Shown here: positions 1 to 13,391 of the stretch, piece by piece
Numbering within the stretch: the first letter of the stretch is position 1
Layout of the letters: every line of letters begins with the position of its first letter
Assembly: GCF_963853765.1 (NCBI RefSeq)
Contig: NC_088859.1
Location: forward strand, 50,778,001 to 50,842,000
Length of the DNA: 64,000 nt
Reading direction: 5' to 3'
Source of the DNA: Magallana gigas
Taxonomy: Eukaryota
Program-made: the position numbers and the translations under genes
The notes under the pieces: generated by a model
What the model saw: only the letters and a program-made list of their open reading frames with translations
Database searches by the model: none
What the model was told of the DNA's origin: nothing

Positions 1-671
1 TCCATTTCTTGTAAAGAATAAACACCTTTAAGCTGTAATATAGCAATCTTATAAGGTAAGATAAGAGAACAACACTAATTATTTTAATATTATCTACCTA
101 ACTCTGGTGTCAACCTGAAAAATATCATTGCGACCTTAAATAGTAAACCACTTCGCGAATATTCTAACATGATAAGCGGTAAGCGCGCTGTTTTTCCTTA
201 AATAAAAATATCATATATTGTCATTAGTTTAATTTCCTCCGAAATGATGCCGCCGTCTATCAGTACTTTGATTCATAATAAGGAAACAAAGGTAGGGGAG
301 AAAACCCAGACAACTGTAACCCTAGGCCTAAGACCGGTGACAATCATTGGTTTCCTCTCTTTCAACTGAATGACAATTACACTAGTTTTATTTTGTTGCC
401 TAGTACATGTAGTAATAGATTTAAAGTAAGATCTTAGTCGGTCATACATGATCCAAATAACGGAGAACCGTAGGGTGCGGAGATGAGGTGATCTCATCTG
501 GGAAAATTACTCCAACAATTAGGAACAAACAAAATAAATAAATTAATTAATCAATAGAAGTGTCCTGATGATATAAAAATATTAGTATAAGACTTGCCAA
601 AAATATATCTATATTAAAAACTATGTTTAGCTGGGGGTTTTAGAAAGCCTTGGTCGGAACTTACAAGAAAG

Positions 672-786
672 TGTCATGTTGTAAGTTTTGTATTTTCTGG
701 GTGGGTGTAAATACAAAATTTAAATTGTTATGTTGTAAATTTTGTATTTACACCCACCAAGTAAATTCAAAATTAACAACATGACA
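672..786. repeat. ~115-bp imperfect palindrome (hairpin, MITE-like)
   Basis: TGTCATGTTG...GGGTGGGTGTAAATACAAAATTTA mirrored by TAAATTTTGTATTTACACCCACC...CAACATGACA. Confidence 0.7.
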
Positions 787-1149
787 AAAGGGTAATCCAT
801 TTAATTAATTTATATAGATTTTTTTTCTCGGGAGCTAGAGGAAAACTTTATTATAAATCAGGCCACTTTGTGATAAAAATAACCAAACACAAAGAGTTTT
901 GATTTTTATATTTTTATTAGAAAAGATAAGTAAAAATAAAGCAAGCCCTATATAGTCAGCATGGTGGCGAGAGAAGAGACGGCTCACCATGCATATTCGC
1001 CGTTCTTCCTCACATCTACAAAATGTCATGATCATATTTATTCTTAAAAAGTTGAAAAACATAAGAAATACTGTTACATATTCATTAAGCTAATTAATAT
1101 AATAGCTTTGAGTTACTTGTAAATTTTTACGACATTTTTAATACCTTTT

Positions 1150-3024
1150 TTACACTTTGTGACACGTGTGTGTGGGTGGATCAAACAATGCCGCAGGGGC
1201 GTGGTCAATATGTACGTCAGATATAATATACGTCATCGCCGAATAGGCTAGAAAATACAAGAGAGGTGTGTTCGAATGGAGTGATACATGGAATATAGTT
1301 AATATACTCCTTTTCTAGAATAAACCTAATTGATTAAACATAGTTTTATTGACAATAATATACAGTAGCCCTATGTACCACTACAACTAGTCCTATGTAG
1401 TATATATATATATATATATGTAGTATATTGTGGGACACGACTACAACTAGCGTTATGTAATATAGTATACTAGTTCATAACTGATTAAAAAAATGTTTTC
1501 GGAACACAGAAAAGGAAGTTTGTACCTCCGTTTAGAAATCCATGTTCTGCTTGTAGCACCGGCAGACACGTGCCGGGAGAGATCTCTGTTAACATCCGGT
1601 AATTGATGATGTCAGTTCCGGGTATTGAGAAGCGCCATGTTTGGATATTTAGTGGATTTTTCGGAGATCCAACGTATCCCGTTGAAACGAGTTGTGCATC
1701 AACTGTGAAATATGACTAAATATATATTTGATCACCTTATAATAATCAAAAAACGAATACTTATTGAATATTCCTAAAACCATCGTCTAATAGTTTACAG
1801 TATTAAAGGTCATGGAAAATTTTACTCAATAGTTATAAGTAAAATCAAACGGGGGGGGGGGGCAGTTAAATTATTAGTTTACAATCACATTACTGGAAAT
1901 AACACTTACAGCATGCTATCTTATCAATTGGTTCTTTACAAAACTCTCATCATATATTACAGTCATTGGAGGTTAAAACTAATTATTTACATTGCAGAGA
2001 AGATTACGTCATATTTTCACGTTATTTCATAAAGAAGATACACGTTAGTTTACAGTCAATATTTGAAGCAGTCACGAGACAGGAAACAACCACGTGCATG
2101 ACAGTTAGCAGCCATCTTACCCGAAATGCACCGGTCCTGAATGGTGGCATTCATGTGGCTCTCTACGCAGTGATCACCGTCTATCTTAAACACCCTGTGC
2201 TGTAATACGACAAACCTTTTATGCATATCAAATATATTTCTGTTTTTAAAAAATCTTTATAAAGTATACGTTTCCATATTACAAAACATGCAAATTATGG
2301 CACGACTTGATAGAACTTATTTCACCTTTAACTGGATAAACTTTAATTTTGTCAAATGATGAACTTTCAAACAGAGTAAAACCTCATTTCAGTGTACATA
2401 TTAATTAAAATATGGTATGACCTGGTCGAACTGAAAAGAGCACGAGCTTACCTTGGCGAAGTCTGCTATTTCCGTGTGAAGCAGGTGCCCGCCGCCAGGT
2501 AGAGTTATACGAGTCTCTGTTCTTGACCGCTCTGTCGGGTAATCGAAATAAAGCAACACCCGGTTCTGCAAAGAAAATGTCTTTACGTGAGAAACCGAAA
2601 ATTGAACAGAACTTTCATAACTCAGAAGTATGTAGAATCCTAAAATATATATTAAAATTTGAGAGGAACTTTGAGAGGTTTTTGTAGAGTCATAGAGACG
2701 ACGCTGAATTTTACTCAGGATAAAATGATTTGTATTCGAAACTATTGCAAATAAACATGCAACTTGCAACCAATCATGCTAAAATTTCAAAGGATCATAT
2801 GATAAATATTTGAGCTCATTGTTTTTATATACGCAGAGACCACAAATTGTTTTTAAGAGTGCACCTACGTCAACAATATTTGGACCGCTGTTACTGAGGA
2901 AACCACCCGTGACGTCCATATTAGACCGGAAGTTAGTCGGCACACAGCACCTGGTGGCTGATTCTGTCAGTAGGACCTGCGTGCAGCAGATGAGGAGGAG
3001 GAAGCTGTAAATTCGTAGAGACAT
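1150..3024 (-). CDS. Ependymin-related protein (EPDR-A), 5 coding exons, ~207 aa
   Basis: Exons 3024-2869, 2565-2452, 2199-2121, 1702-1526, 1247-1150, all GT-AG, total 624 nt in frame. Signal-peptide-like MSLRIYSFLLLICCTQVLL, then RCCVP, LYFDY, a central C...C pair, a TCLP motif and a terminal FDPP..C: the ependymin cysteine pattern. The upstream in-frame ATG at 3063 is an alternative start. Confidence 0.85.
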
Positions 3025-4689
3025 CGGGAGGACTACGATATAAAGAACTCGAGCACTGACCATCTTACAAAGGTATATCTAGTGCGCTGATAAGAAATGC
3101 ATGACATGTTTTGAAAAGTTCGGAATTCCGTCATATATGTGTTCTCAATGCATGACCTTCTTATCCCAGATAATTCGCTACGATTTGGAACATTATATTT
3201 ATGAGACGCAATTAAGATGCTTGTGTTTCAACAAAAGCGCTCAATGATAAGGAAAAATAGGAATCGATCTATATATATATAGTGAGAGGGTCGAATATTT
3301 ATTTTTCCTTTTCATTATCCGAGATTAACCTTTACAAAAAAAAAACGTCATTTATCATGACAGTGCCAAACACTCCGTTTTCGGAATCCGGCCAGATTCT
3401 TTATCTTATAAAAAGTGTTAAGTGTAAAAAGGTGTACAACGAAAAAACTATTCAATGAATATCCTTTCCTACACGATCATTTTGTCAAATCAAATAAAGA
3501 AAACAACTTAAAAAGCTGAAATTATTAAGCTACACATTCTTCTGAATTCAAGTTATTTCCCTCTTATTGATGACAAGTTAAAGAAACCAATTGTTGTGTC
3601 TCGTTTCAGCAAATTCGGTCATTAAAGATTTTACTAGAGAACGGCGAGGAATTCTAGCCTAAATGTACTACATTATCTACTAGTGCCCTTGACCTTTCCA
3701 GCGTTCCGGGTCCGACTCACGGTGACCCCAAGGTCAGAGTATACATGTACCAGTAATTGGTTATCTAAGTGACGTCAGATACAATATACTCCATACGCCA
3801 ATTCACTGAAGTACATTCTGACAATATCACGAGTGACACGAGGTTTGTATACCTGCCAAGTGTCTTAAAAACTCTATGAAACAAGAGTTTCGGAAAACCG
3901 AGTAACTGACAAGTAACTGACAAGATTTGGTTATGGGACCTGTTCCTTCCATTATTCAGTTGATTTACCTAACATCCTTGGATATGAGAAAAGGCAAGAT
4001 GGACGCCGGCGATATTTCTGGTTACGGGTACATGCTATAGAAAAATATCTTAATCGTCAAGAGTCAGTGCCGTTTACTTAAAATTAATTTTTGTTACACT
4101 TCTAAGCGAAAAGTTTATACCTCTATAGAGATATACTACCAGTACAGTATAGAAAAAAATATCCTTCCAATAAATTACACTTCTGCGTCGCCTTTCAGTT
4201 AGTTTTGGAGCAGGTCCCAAAGTGAAAACTGCAAGGTCCTAAATTCACCAAAGCTGTTTTGACTAGATAGGATTTCATGATTTATTCAGTGATAAATAAA
4301 GTTTTCAAGTGCTGAAAGCTTAAGTTTATTATTTGGCCATATCTTCACCAAACTTGAATGGATGGTTAACCTTTGAGTAAAATGTACTTGACAGGCTTGG
4401 GTGATTCATGTAAGCCGTATGATTCAGATGCTGGAGAAGTTTCAGTCCATGTTTAAATTATTACCAGGCAAATCTTCACCAATCTCGGATGGTTTATATC
4501 TAAACCTTTCATGACAGACTCCGATGCTGAATCTGAGTTTAAGGTTTTAGAGACTTGGGGAATTTACAGTTTTTGGAGCAAGTTAAAATTTCAGAGCAGC
4601 TAGATGCTATACTTAACTAGCCTCTGGATTTTAAGGTACACTGTATTTAGAATTATCGGTATAATGGTTAAAGTTTGATTATTCTCCGA

Positions 4690-4930
4690 ACATTAGAGCA
4701 AATTGGGCCGATGCTTCTCTCTGGTTTCATTGGTCATTGACTCTTTCTGAACCGAACACCAGTCTATCGCAGATTAACCCCCAGGGTACCATCAAAAGCC
4801 GAAACTAATTGGAATGGTGTAACGCAGATATGATGCTTTGTCCTAGAACACAACACAACGACAGCGGGGTTCGACCAGCGGCCTTTTAGTAACTGAGATC
4901 TTACATCTATGCTCCACCCAGACGTGTGGG
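4690..4930 (-). mobile_element. Putative degenerate tRNA-derived SINE
   Basis: The minus strand has a B-box-like GGTCGAACCCC, then GTGTTGTGTTCTAGGACAAAGCA and GGGGGTTAATCTGCGATAGACTGG, resembling central domains of metazoan tRNA-SINEs as I recall them. Boundaries approximate. Confidence 0.4.
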
Positions 4931-4932
4931 GT

Positions 4933-5625
4933 TAATGTAACACAATGTTTGTTAATGTAACACAATGTTTGTCGATGTAACACAATGTTTGTCAATGTAA
5001 CACAATGTTTGTCAAAGTAACACAATGTTTGTCAATGTAACACAATGTTTGTCAAAGTAACACAATGTAACACAATGTTTGTCAATGTAACCCAATGTTT
5101 GTCGATGTAACACAATGTTTGTCAATGTAACACAATGTTTGTCGATGTAACCCAATGTTTGTCGATGTAACACAATGTTTGTCAATGTAACACAATGTTT
5201 GTCAAAGTAACACAATGTTTGTCAATGTAACACAATGTTTGTCAATGTAACACAATGTTTGTCAAAGTAACACAATGTAACACAATGTTTGTCAATGTAA
5301 CACAATGTTTGTCAATGTAACACAATGTTTGTCGATGTAACCCAATGTTTGTCGATGTAACACAATGTTTGTCAATGTAACACAATGTTTGTCAATGTAA
5401 CACAATGTTTGTCAAAGTAACACAATGTTTGTCATTGTAACACAATGTTTGTCAATGTAACACAATGTTTGTCAATGTAACCCAATGTTTGTCGGTGTAA
5501 CCCAATGTTTGTCGATGTAACACAATGTTTGTCAATGTAACACAATGTTTGTCAAAGTAACACAATGTTTGTCAATGTAACACAATGTTTGTCAAAGTAA
5601 CACAATGTAACACAATGTTTGTCAA
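4933..5625. repeat. 20-bp minisatellite (AATGTAACACAATGTTTGTC)n, ~35 copies
   Basis: Directly visible 20-bp period with variants GTCGATG, GTCAAAG and CCCAATG, and three 10-bp half-unit events. Confidence 0.97.
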
Positions 5626-6724
5626 TTGACTGTTAAGAGGGCTGGATGGTCGTGAACATTTTTTGACTGGGTTGATCTCTTTAAAAAGAAGAGCTCTATA
5701 TAAATATATAGGGAAATGCTAAAAATTAAAAGCAAAAAGAAGATGGATGAATAAGGCGTGTAAACTGCCTGTATGAGGATAGATTAGATACTATAAAATT
5801 AAAATATCTACAAATCTCATAATTTCTTTCTAAATTTTTTAGATTGTGGGTTCGATACCACCAAAACTTAAGAATTTTTTTTCTCTTATCGTTTCTAAAA
5901 TATTCAAAACTGAATATAGTTAGAAATTGTGCTTTTGTAAACTTGTATTATAACATTATCAAGTATATTTAGTTGGAAAAAATTAAATTTGAAATTTTAT
6001 TTTACGACTAAACCAAATGGGCATTTGCACTACTCAGTATCTTGTTCCCCAATCTTCTTTATGATTTTTTTTTCACAACAAAATAATAGATTATAACTTT
6101 AAAAATTCATATCTAAAAAATTAAGGTAGATCTGGTAATTAATTTGTTGACTAACCAGCTTGCTTTATTTCCGTTAGCATCTTATTTTTCATGGACATCA
6201 CCACATGCACTGATCAACCCCCCCCCCCCCCCCCCCCCACAAAACAAACACAAAACATTTTAGATGGGGCAAAGGTACAACTGATATTTCGAATGGTATA
6301 AAAATAAAATACAGGGTATGTCAGGATACAATGTTTCCATCTTCCAAGCTGAATGATCAATAAATTAATGTGTCGATCGGGCTGGATTACTGTATTGCTT
6401 TGAAATCTGGTTTATCATCTTGTCTTTGGTCAATTTAAATAGGTGTCTTGTTACTTTAAAACCGTTAAGTAGATGTGTAGGATGGAAATGTCAAAGAACT
6501 TTGCACACTCCAATTAAAAATAGATGATTGATTCGTTCTTACATCTTAATTTAATTAGAGTGAACTTGATGTCAAATGTATGTTTATTGTGTGCTTCACT
6601 TTATATATACGTAAAATAATATACGTATCTATAATTCCATATAGAACTCGACATATGACAAGAACACTGAATCAGACTAAGACAAGGTTTATTATGACAC
6701 TGAGTCAGACTAAGACAAGGTTTA

Positions 6725-9700
6725 TTATGCGGTTGGTGCACTGGGTAATGGACCACAGGTCGACCTGTCGAAGTTAAACACCGACTCCTGGGTCAGTCCC
6801 CTGGTGTAGTTAGAGAAAAACAGCGTCAGCTGCTCAGCAACTAAAACAGACAACAAATAAAGGTCCGTGTGTAATGAGAGAAAAAGAGGGTCAGTTGTGT
6901 GGTGCCCCGATAGGACCAGTTGCAAAGTTGTAACTGCGTTAGAAACAACGCGCTAGCGCCTTTATAACAATGAGCTAGCGCGACGTTAGGAACAACGCAC
7001 TAGTACGAAGTGACAACGCGCTAGCGCGTTATTTAAAACACGCAATCAAGCTAACTCAAAACACATCGTCACGCTAACACAACAACGCAAATTATATTCA
7101 TCGTAGTAGAAGTTGTGAGTGGAAAAAATACATTAATGGATGTGTTGAATGGAAAAAGTGGAGTACACTTCTTTGCATTCAGAAACAGCGGCTGATTTGA
7201 TTTTATATTACTACTACTTGTTGTCATACCACAGATGTCCTGTAGATTACTTTATCATATCTTATGAAATATTCTTACTTTATATGATGCGGTTTTTTTT
7301 CATTTTTAAGACTACCATTTTGATAATAACATCTTCATAACTTATATGACCCGTATATAGATAAACAGAAATATTCATTTGATTCTTATTTAACAGAAAC
7401 ACATTTAAAATTCTTAGAGATGCGAGCTTTACTGGATCCGAATTTGTCAAATGCTCAAACAAATTATTTATGCATCTTGATATTATTAAAAGTATAACTT
7501 TTTCATCAAGTACTCTCAGTACTTTGATGGTTTTCACTGTTAGTGGCTAGCTGCTAGCTTCTGTATTCTCGGGTGAGGTCTTCTCCTACTAACAAATCAT
7601 TATCGGTCAAAATTAATTATGATATAAATGATCATTGATTCACTATTAATATAAAACCAAATCAGCTGCTGTTATAAAGGCGCAACTGCGCACTAGCGCG
7701 TTGTTTCTGACGTTGCGCTAGCGTGTTTTCACTTGTTGTTCCTGACGCGCTGTTACACGTTTGCAGATGGCTCTATCGGGACCAAATACAGGTGCGATGG
7801 GAATGTAAAGTACAGACACATGTAATGAGGTACGCAAATGACATAAATTCTACTTAAAATTAAAAATAACATTTACACATTTTTATTGATATGCTATGTA
7901 ATACAGCATAATAATGCTGTCCATCCTTATTTGTCTAGGTAATTGTCTTGACTGTAGATGAATAGTTGTATCTCCTAAGGGCATGTCTATTTACTTCCTC
8001 TCAAAAAAGAAAGATAAAGAATATCGACAAGACATTAAACAGAAATCAATCCATATCACCTCCTCCCATGTTTCCAACTAGCGACTCCATGATGGGGGTA
8101 CAGCTTCCGTCGGCGCTCAGCACGGCCTTGACACTCAGATCCCCAAGGTCAAGCTGATACGTGTTGACGGTGATGTGGTGGGAGGGGGACCCCAGCTGTG
8201 ACGTCCCCACGTAACGCGCAGTAGCTATTAATAGAACATTATGTCAAAAGAAAATCTTGGGAAAAGTGAATAAGGAAAATGTCTGTTAGACATAAACCTG
8301 ACTCCAAAAACCATAAAGTAGTTTCACTGTTATAAAACTTATCTACACTCTGTCCCGAGTTTTTGCTTCCACCACTTTTTGCTTGATATTTCAATAATCA
8401 TAAATACATTTGTGCTCAAACTACGTTCATCCACTATGAAAAATGTCCAGATTATCTGTTTTGAAACGCCCCCTCTAACGCTTCAGGTTTCAATACACAT
8501 TATAAAATAAAAAGTCTACGGGTATTTTGCATTGCATCAGCCATTAATAAGCCCGGATGATAACGTTGAAAAATTGCGCGAGGTGTCCCGAGTACTTACA
8601 AATGGAGATGTAAACAAGTCCCATTATAAATCTCCGTAAGAAATTTGTTTTCGTTCCTGGGAAATTTTATGAGTGAAAAATGATAATGTTCAATGAAGAT
8701 ATCTTAAATATATTCGCTTTCATCTATTTCAACTGTATTTCTTTCACATGAATATGTATTTTTATTAAAAATCATCAAAAAGTGATGGAAGCAATAACTT
8801 GGGGCAGACTATATATGTTTTACGGTGCGACCGTTGGGGCGAGCGCAGCAGGTGATCAAAAATGAATTATGAAAAATCAATAAAAATAAAAGTAGTGACG
8901 TAAAGTACACGTAAATGAAGAATGCAAAATAAAATAAATATATCAATTTTCCAGTAAATTTTTATTATTCATAATTCATAAGATTTTTTATTTATTTATA
9001 TACCAATCTGATTAAAATCAGATCTTAATAACGCTCCGAAATTCTGATAGTCGCTGAACAAAGTCTAGCGACATCAGAATTTGTCGGAGCGGATCAAAAA
9101 TCTGATTTTGATCAGATTGTTTATATACTGGTCGCACGCCAGTATAGAATTTATCTCAGATAAAATGTTGTTGAATAATAAAGATTTTAACATAATGTTT
9201 TAACATAATATTTCCTCTTTTCTTGCAGCAGACATTTTTCTTAAACAAATAAAAATTGACTTATCACAGAATCCCCCCTCCCTCGTTTAAAAAGAAATCA
9301 AATTTACGTATAAGAAAATTTGTTGATCACATAAGGAAAATGGATCCCCCGGTAGCATGTAATACCGTAAATTGTAGTGAAAATAAAGTCACTTTTGAGC
9401 AGCTAAAGAGCTAAAGGCATACCACGCACTCCCCATTCCTCACCCCGATTAGAATTTTCCTGATTTTGAGAATTTTAATTTTCTTTTTGCTTGTGATTTT
9501 TTGAATGATGTTGCCACGCCCCATTTAAAAAAACGTTCCTGGAAATTACCGTAAATACAGTGAATAAAATAAATGTGAGCATTCATCCAAATGAGAGCAA
9601 GTTACAGCTGTTTCCTATCTCTGTAGAAATGTCTCGATTTGTTAGCTCTGCAAGATTTTGAGAAGATTTTGGTATTTATATTTCAGCAGATTTACAATAA

Positions 9701-12456
9701 CTACTTAGAGTTGTTTCCCCTTATTGTGACGTCAAAGTTCACGTCGGTCAAGTGTAGTCTGTCTCTTTGAAAACACACTAGAAAAAACTACGCGAAAAAT
9801 ATTGATTGTTTACTTAAAAAGCATGATGTTCTGGAAATTACACAATTTATATGTTTCTCAAAAGTTTTACTTTGATTCTCGCGAGATGGTATCCAGTCTA
9901 GTGAGATCGGCCGACATTGAGGAATTGCATTGTGGGTCGAAATTTACTGACTCCGAAAAATTCTGTCGGATCAATGTGCAAGAAATCCATTGTGACGTCA
10001 CTCGAAAGGACGATAACTCCGTTAGTCTTAAAAGTAATGGAAATAGGCGTTGTGTTATTTACAATGCATGTACATAGTCTTTTATCTTGTTCTCGTGAGA
10101 GTGTGAACTGGGAAACCATAATTACAGAGAACTACTGGGACGATTAAAACAAGGCATTACTGGTCCGATTTACTGACGCCAAAAAATATCCGTTGAATGA
10201 ATGTGCAAATAGTCCGAATTTTCTATTCACACACGCCTTGTCGGTAGAGCTCGCTTCGCGCGCTATAATATACTTAATGTGGTTTTATCAATATTTGTAA
10301 TACAGAATTTTAGCCTGTATCGTAGTTGAGCTTATCCAAAAATTATTATAATAAGTGTTCATTGATCAGCTTTTTCATGTATAACTGTAACACTGTGTTA
10401 TTGGAATCAAATTAACGTATCCTTGAAATGTCATCTTTACTTAATCCATCAACATTAATTGATGCCCACGAGTGATAGAGAAACCACAGTACAACTTGAT
10501 TCATTGTATTACTCGATCTGTATATACAGTATAGATATGAAATTTTCAATTTCTTGTTTTAATCGTATTTACATCCACCAAGTTTGATTCCTCCAATTCT
10601 TAAGAAATAAGGAGTATTATAAGGTGATCATTTTGATCAGGGCGTGATCAAATCCTCTACGACACGTTAATCGATTGGTCGAAACCTTCAGCAACCAAAG
10701 TTAAATCACGGACTGCACGAAATAATCATGATGATGTTAGACTCAAAGACGATTTGGCTGTTTCTTTTAGCTAACGTACTGATGTATATGTACATTAACA
10801 TTAATTTAGTAATTTTTTTTTTACTTTTTACTATCAACTTATTTTTTTGTTAAAAGAGAGATTTAAATATTATAAACAATAAACAATGCTTTCTTTGATG
10901 ATACATGCGGGTTATGAGGGTTACACTGCAGAAAAAATTTACATAACCCACTAATATCACCTCTTGACAAGAGTATTTCATGCATGTGTTTTTTGTATAT
11001 TTAGGGAACAATGTCGAATTCCCTCGAGGAACTTCAATATCAAAATCTGAAAGCAAAATATTTTGTGACCGTTAATGTTGGATAGAATCTACCAGTAAAT
11101 GATATTAAATTGTCCGATCCTCCGAGTAGTTTGAGTTAAGTATATTTAATAAACAAAACATGTCATGGTAATATAATAGCATTACATGTATTAAATTACA
11201 TTCTTAAAGTATTTTGGAATTTGTGAACAGACTGGATCAAAATCTATAAGAATCAATCACTTGTACATGTAGTCGTATATGTTTCGATAGAACTATCACT
11301 ATAAAAGCCATATAAAAAGCCACCTAGTGTGTATTGAACATAAATCAATACAAAATCAATAAAATCATAAAATATGTAATGAAAATATTAAAATAAAACA
11401 TATAAAATGTTCAAAAAATTTTGTAGAGGCCAAATTTTAGGCAAGACCAATTCTTAAGGCTAGGCCAAAATTTGGGTCCAGGTCGATTTTGAGGCCAAAA
11501 ATGAGACCAGGTCAATTTTGAGGCCAGACCAGACAGGCCAATGGGACCAGGCAAAGCCAGGTTTTAGAGTATGCCGTTTAAATGAGCAATCAAGCTTAAA
11601 GTGATGAAATGGAAGCACACTTTGGTTCATACTTACATAGTTGGCATGGATCTTGCAGAGGGAAAGAAGGGGGCCCCATGGTGTAACAGGCGCCATTGGT
11701 GAAAGAGTAGGTTACATTCTACAGTTCAGTGAAGACAGTAAGTGTAAGCATTGTAATCATATAAACGTATATCAATTTTGTTTGTAAATATAAGACATAC
11801 AGACGGACAGACAATCACAAACATACCAAATGACAGGCAGACAGTCACACACACACAAACAGACTATGCAAACGAACAGACAATCATATGCAGACAGACC
11901 GACAAGCAAACACACACACACATCAACAGACAGACAGTGTGGGGGATTACCGCGGCGTAGTCGTTGACCACTTTGTAAGCTAAGGGACCGGTGGGAAGTA
12001 TCAGGGTGCCCTCCACGTACGTCCTTTTGTTGGTGTAGTCAAACTGTAGATACAGTTGTTGCTGAAAGAACACAAAGAATGCAGGTTAGTCAAAACACCG
12101 AAGTGATTGAATTCTTTGGTCGGAATTCTAAGTGATTTCTAAAAATTGAACGAATGGAACAAATACTTTACAGGCGATATTATTTACATACTCTGTTTCT
12201 TGAATACCGGTATTCACTCTATCCTAATAAATCATAAATTGTAAAAATTAAAAACTAAGGGAGGCTCATTTAAGTATCTGTTGAGTAATAATCATTATTT
12301 TCTTACATCAATAAACTTCCCGCCCGATGCTGTTGGTTGACCTCCAGTCTCATCGATGTAAGCCGAGAACTGCTTGCCTATACAACAAGGGGCTGGGCCA
12401 GCTGCCTTGCTTAACACCACTGGAACAGCAAAAATAAGGAGAGCACACAGAGACAT
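6725..12456 (-). CDS. Ependymin-related protein (EPDR-B), 5 coding exons, ~207 aa
   Basis: Exons 12456-12307, 12061-11951, 11718-11637, 8224-8060, 6840-6725, all GT-AG, total 624 nt. MSLCALLIFAVPVVLSKAAGPAPCCIGKQF...LYLQFDYTNKR...GACY...DPC...SCTPI...FFSNYTRG...SVFNFDRSTC. Intron phases 0,0,1,1 as in EPDR-A. Confidence 0.88.
6905..7783. mobile_element. Non-autonomous TIR element in the last intron of EPDR-B
   Basis: Left CCCGATAGGACCAGTTGCAAAGTTGTAACTGCG matches the reverse complement of the right end (CCCGATAGAGCCATCTGCAAACGTGTAACAGCG). Subterminal CGCGCTAG/AACAACGC motifs occur on both arms. No clear TSD. Confidence 0.65.
8346..8811. mobile_element. MITE with ~40-bp TIRs and TA flanks (Tc1/mariner-like)
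   Basis: TA|CACTCTGTCCCGAGTTTTTGCTTCCACCACTTTTTG ... CAAAAAGTGATGGAAGCAATAACTTGGGGCAGACTA|TA. Confidence 0.7.
8812..8998 (+). repeat. Dispersed repeat, copy 1 (copy 2 at ~53035-53208, opposite strand)
   Basis: ATATGTTTTACGGTGCGACCGTTGGGGCGAGC... aligns over ~180 bp with the reverse complement of 53035-53208. Confidence 0.8.
8997..9127. repeat. ~130-bp imperfect palindrome
   Basis: TATATACCAATCTGATTAAAATCAGAT...CTCCGAAATTCTGATAGTCGCT versus AGCGACATCAGAATTTGTCGGAG...ATCTGATTTTGATCAGATTGTTTATATA. Confidence 0.75.
11790..11940. repeat. CAGA/CA-rich simple repeat in EPDR-B intron 2
   Basis: Degenerate (CAGA)n/(CA)n runs. Confidence 0.7.
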
Positions 12457-13167
12457 GGTAATAGAAGAAAAAGTGAAAATCTTGTAGACGGAATTACTGT
12501 TCTAATGCCAAATCTCGAAACAGATAAGAATATTGTCTCATTCGCATTTAATGATTATTCAAAACATATGGCATTGAGTCATACAAGTCTTATCAAAACG
12601 GTCGATATATGGCACAGCCAGCTGCCTAAAAGAGTTCAAAATCCTAATAGTACTAATGTATAAATCTTGTTAGAAATATGTTGAATTTGGGTTCACACGG
12701 TCTACTACAGCAATTAATATGTTTCCAAACACTTTTAATATAATTGATTTACTTGCATATTAAACTTTATGTACTAAGGAGCCTTAATTTGGAACAATAA
12801 ATATATATAGGTCCCCTGTTCTATTCTGTACTCTTTATTCCTTTCTACTCTGTACTTTATTGATCGTCTCATGCTTTGCCATTCTGATTAATGCAAACAT
12901 TTTTAAACATTTGTTGGCACTATTTAGAAGCAGGGCAACGCAATTGCTCAAGGAACTTTTCTAGAATATGGTTTTTTAGCATTTATCTTGGAAAAATTTG
13001 ATTTGCAATAAATTAGAACATTTTGCAATAGATAGTTTCACATCTGATAACACACAAAGTACAGGTAATCTTGGTCTCTTTTGAACCTTGTTTTTCAGCC
13101 GTTCCATTGTCTACTGATAAGCAATACAGAAGCCTTCTCTCAGACTTAGCACAGACACATTACAAAC

Positions 13168-13344
13168 ATGGTAAAGGAAGTCTTCGTCCTGCTGGCCGCC
13201 GTAGCCGCTGCCCTCGGGGCTGACCCTACCCCCTGCTGTGTCCATCACCAATTCACGGCCGATCTGTTAGAGGTCGGCGGAAAGATCAACCCTATTCTTG
13301 CAGTACCAGAGCCAATCACAGTTAGTACAACACGTGGTCACTAG

Positions 13345-13391
<47 letters not shown>

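Noticed and set aside
4933-5625. CRISPR-like array and the repetitive ORFs 4843-5025 and 5012-5215
   Set aside because: The repeats are contiguous with no unique spacers and the context is eukaryotic; the ORFs are translations of the minisatellite.
9802-10147. Overlapping short ORFs in the long EPDR-B intron
   Set aside because: No domain signature; the region looks like decayed repeat sequence.
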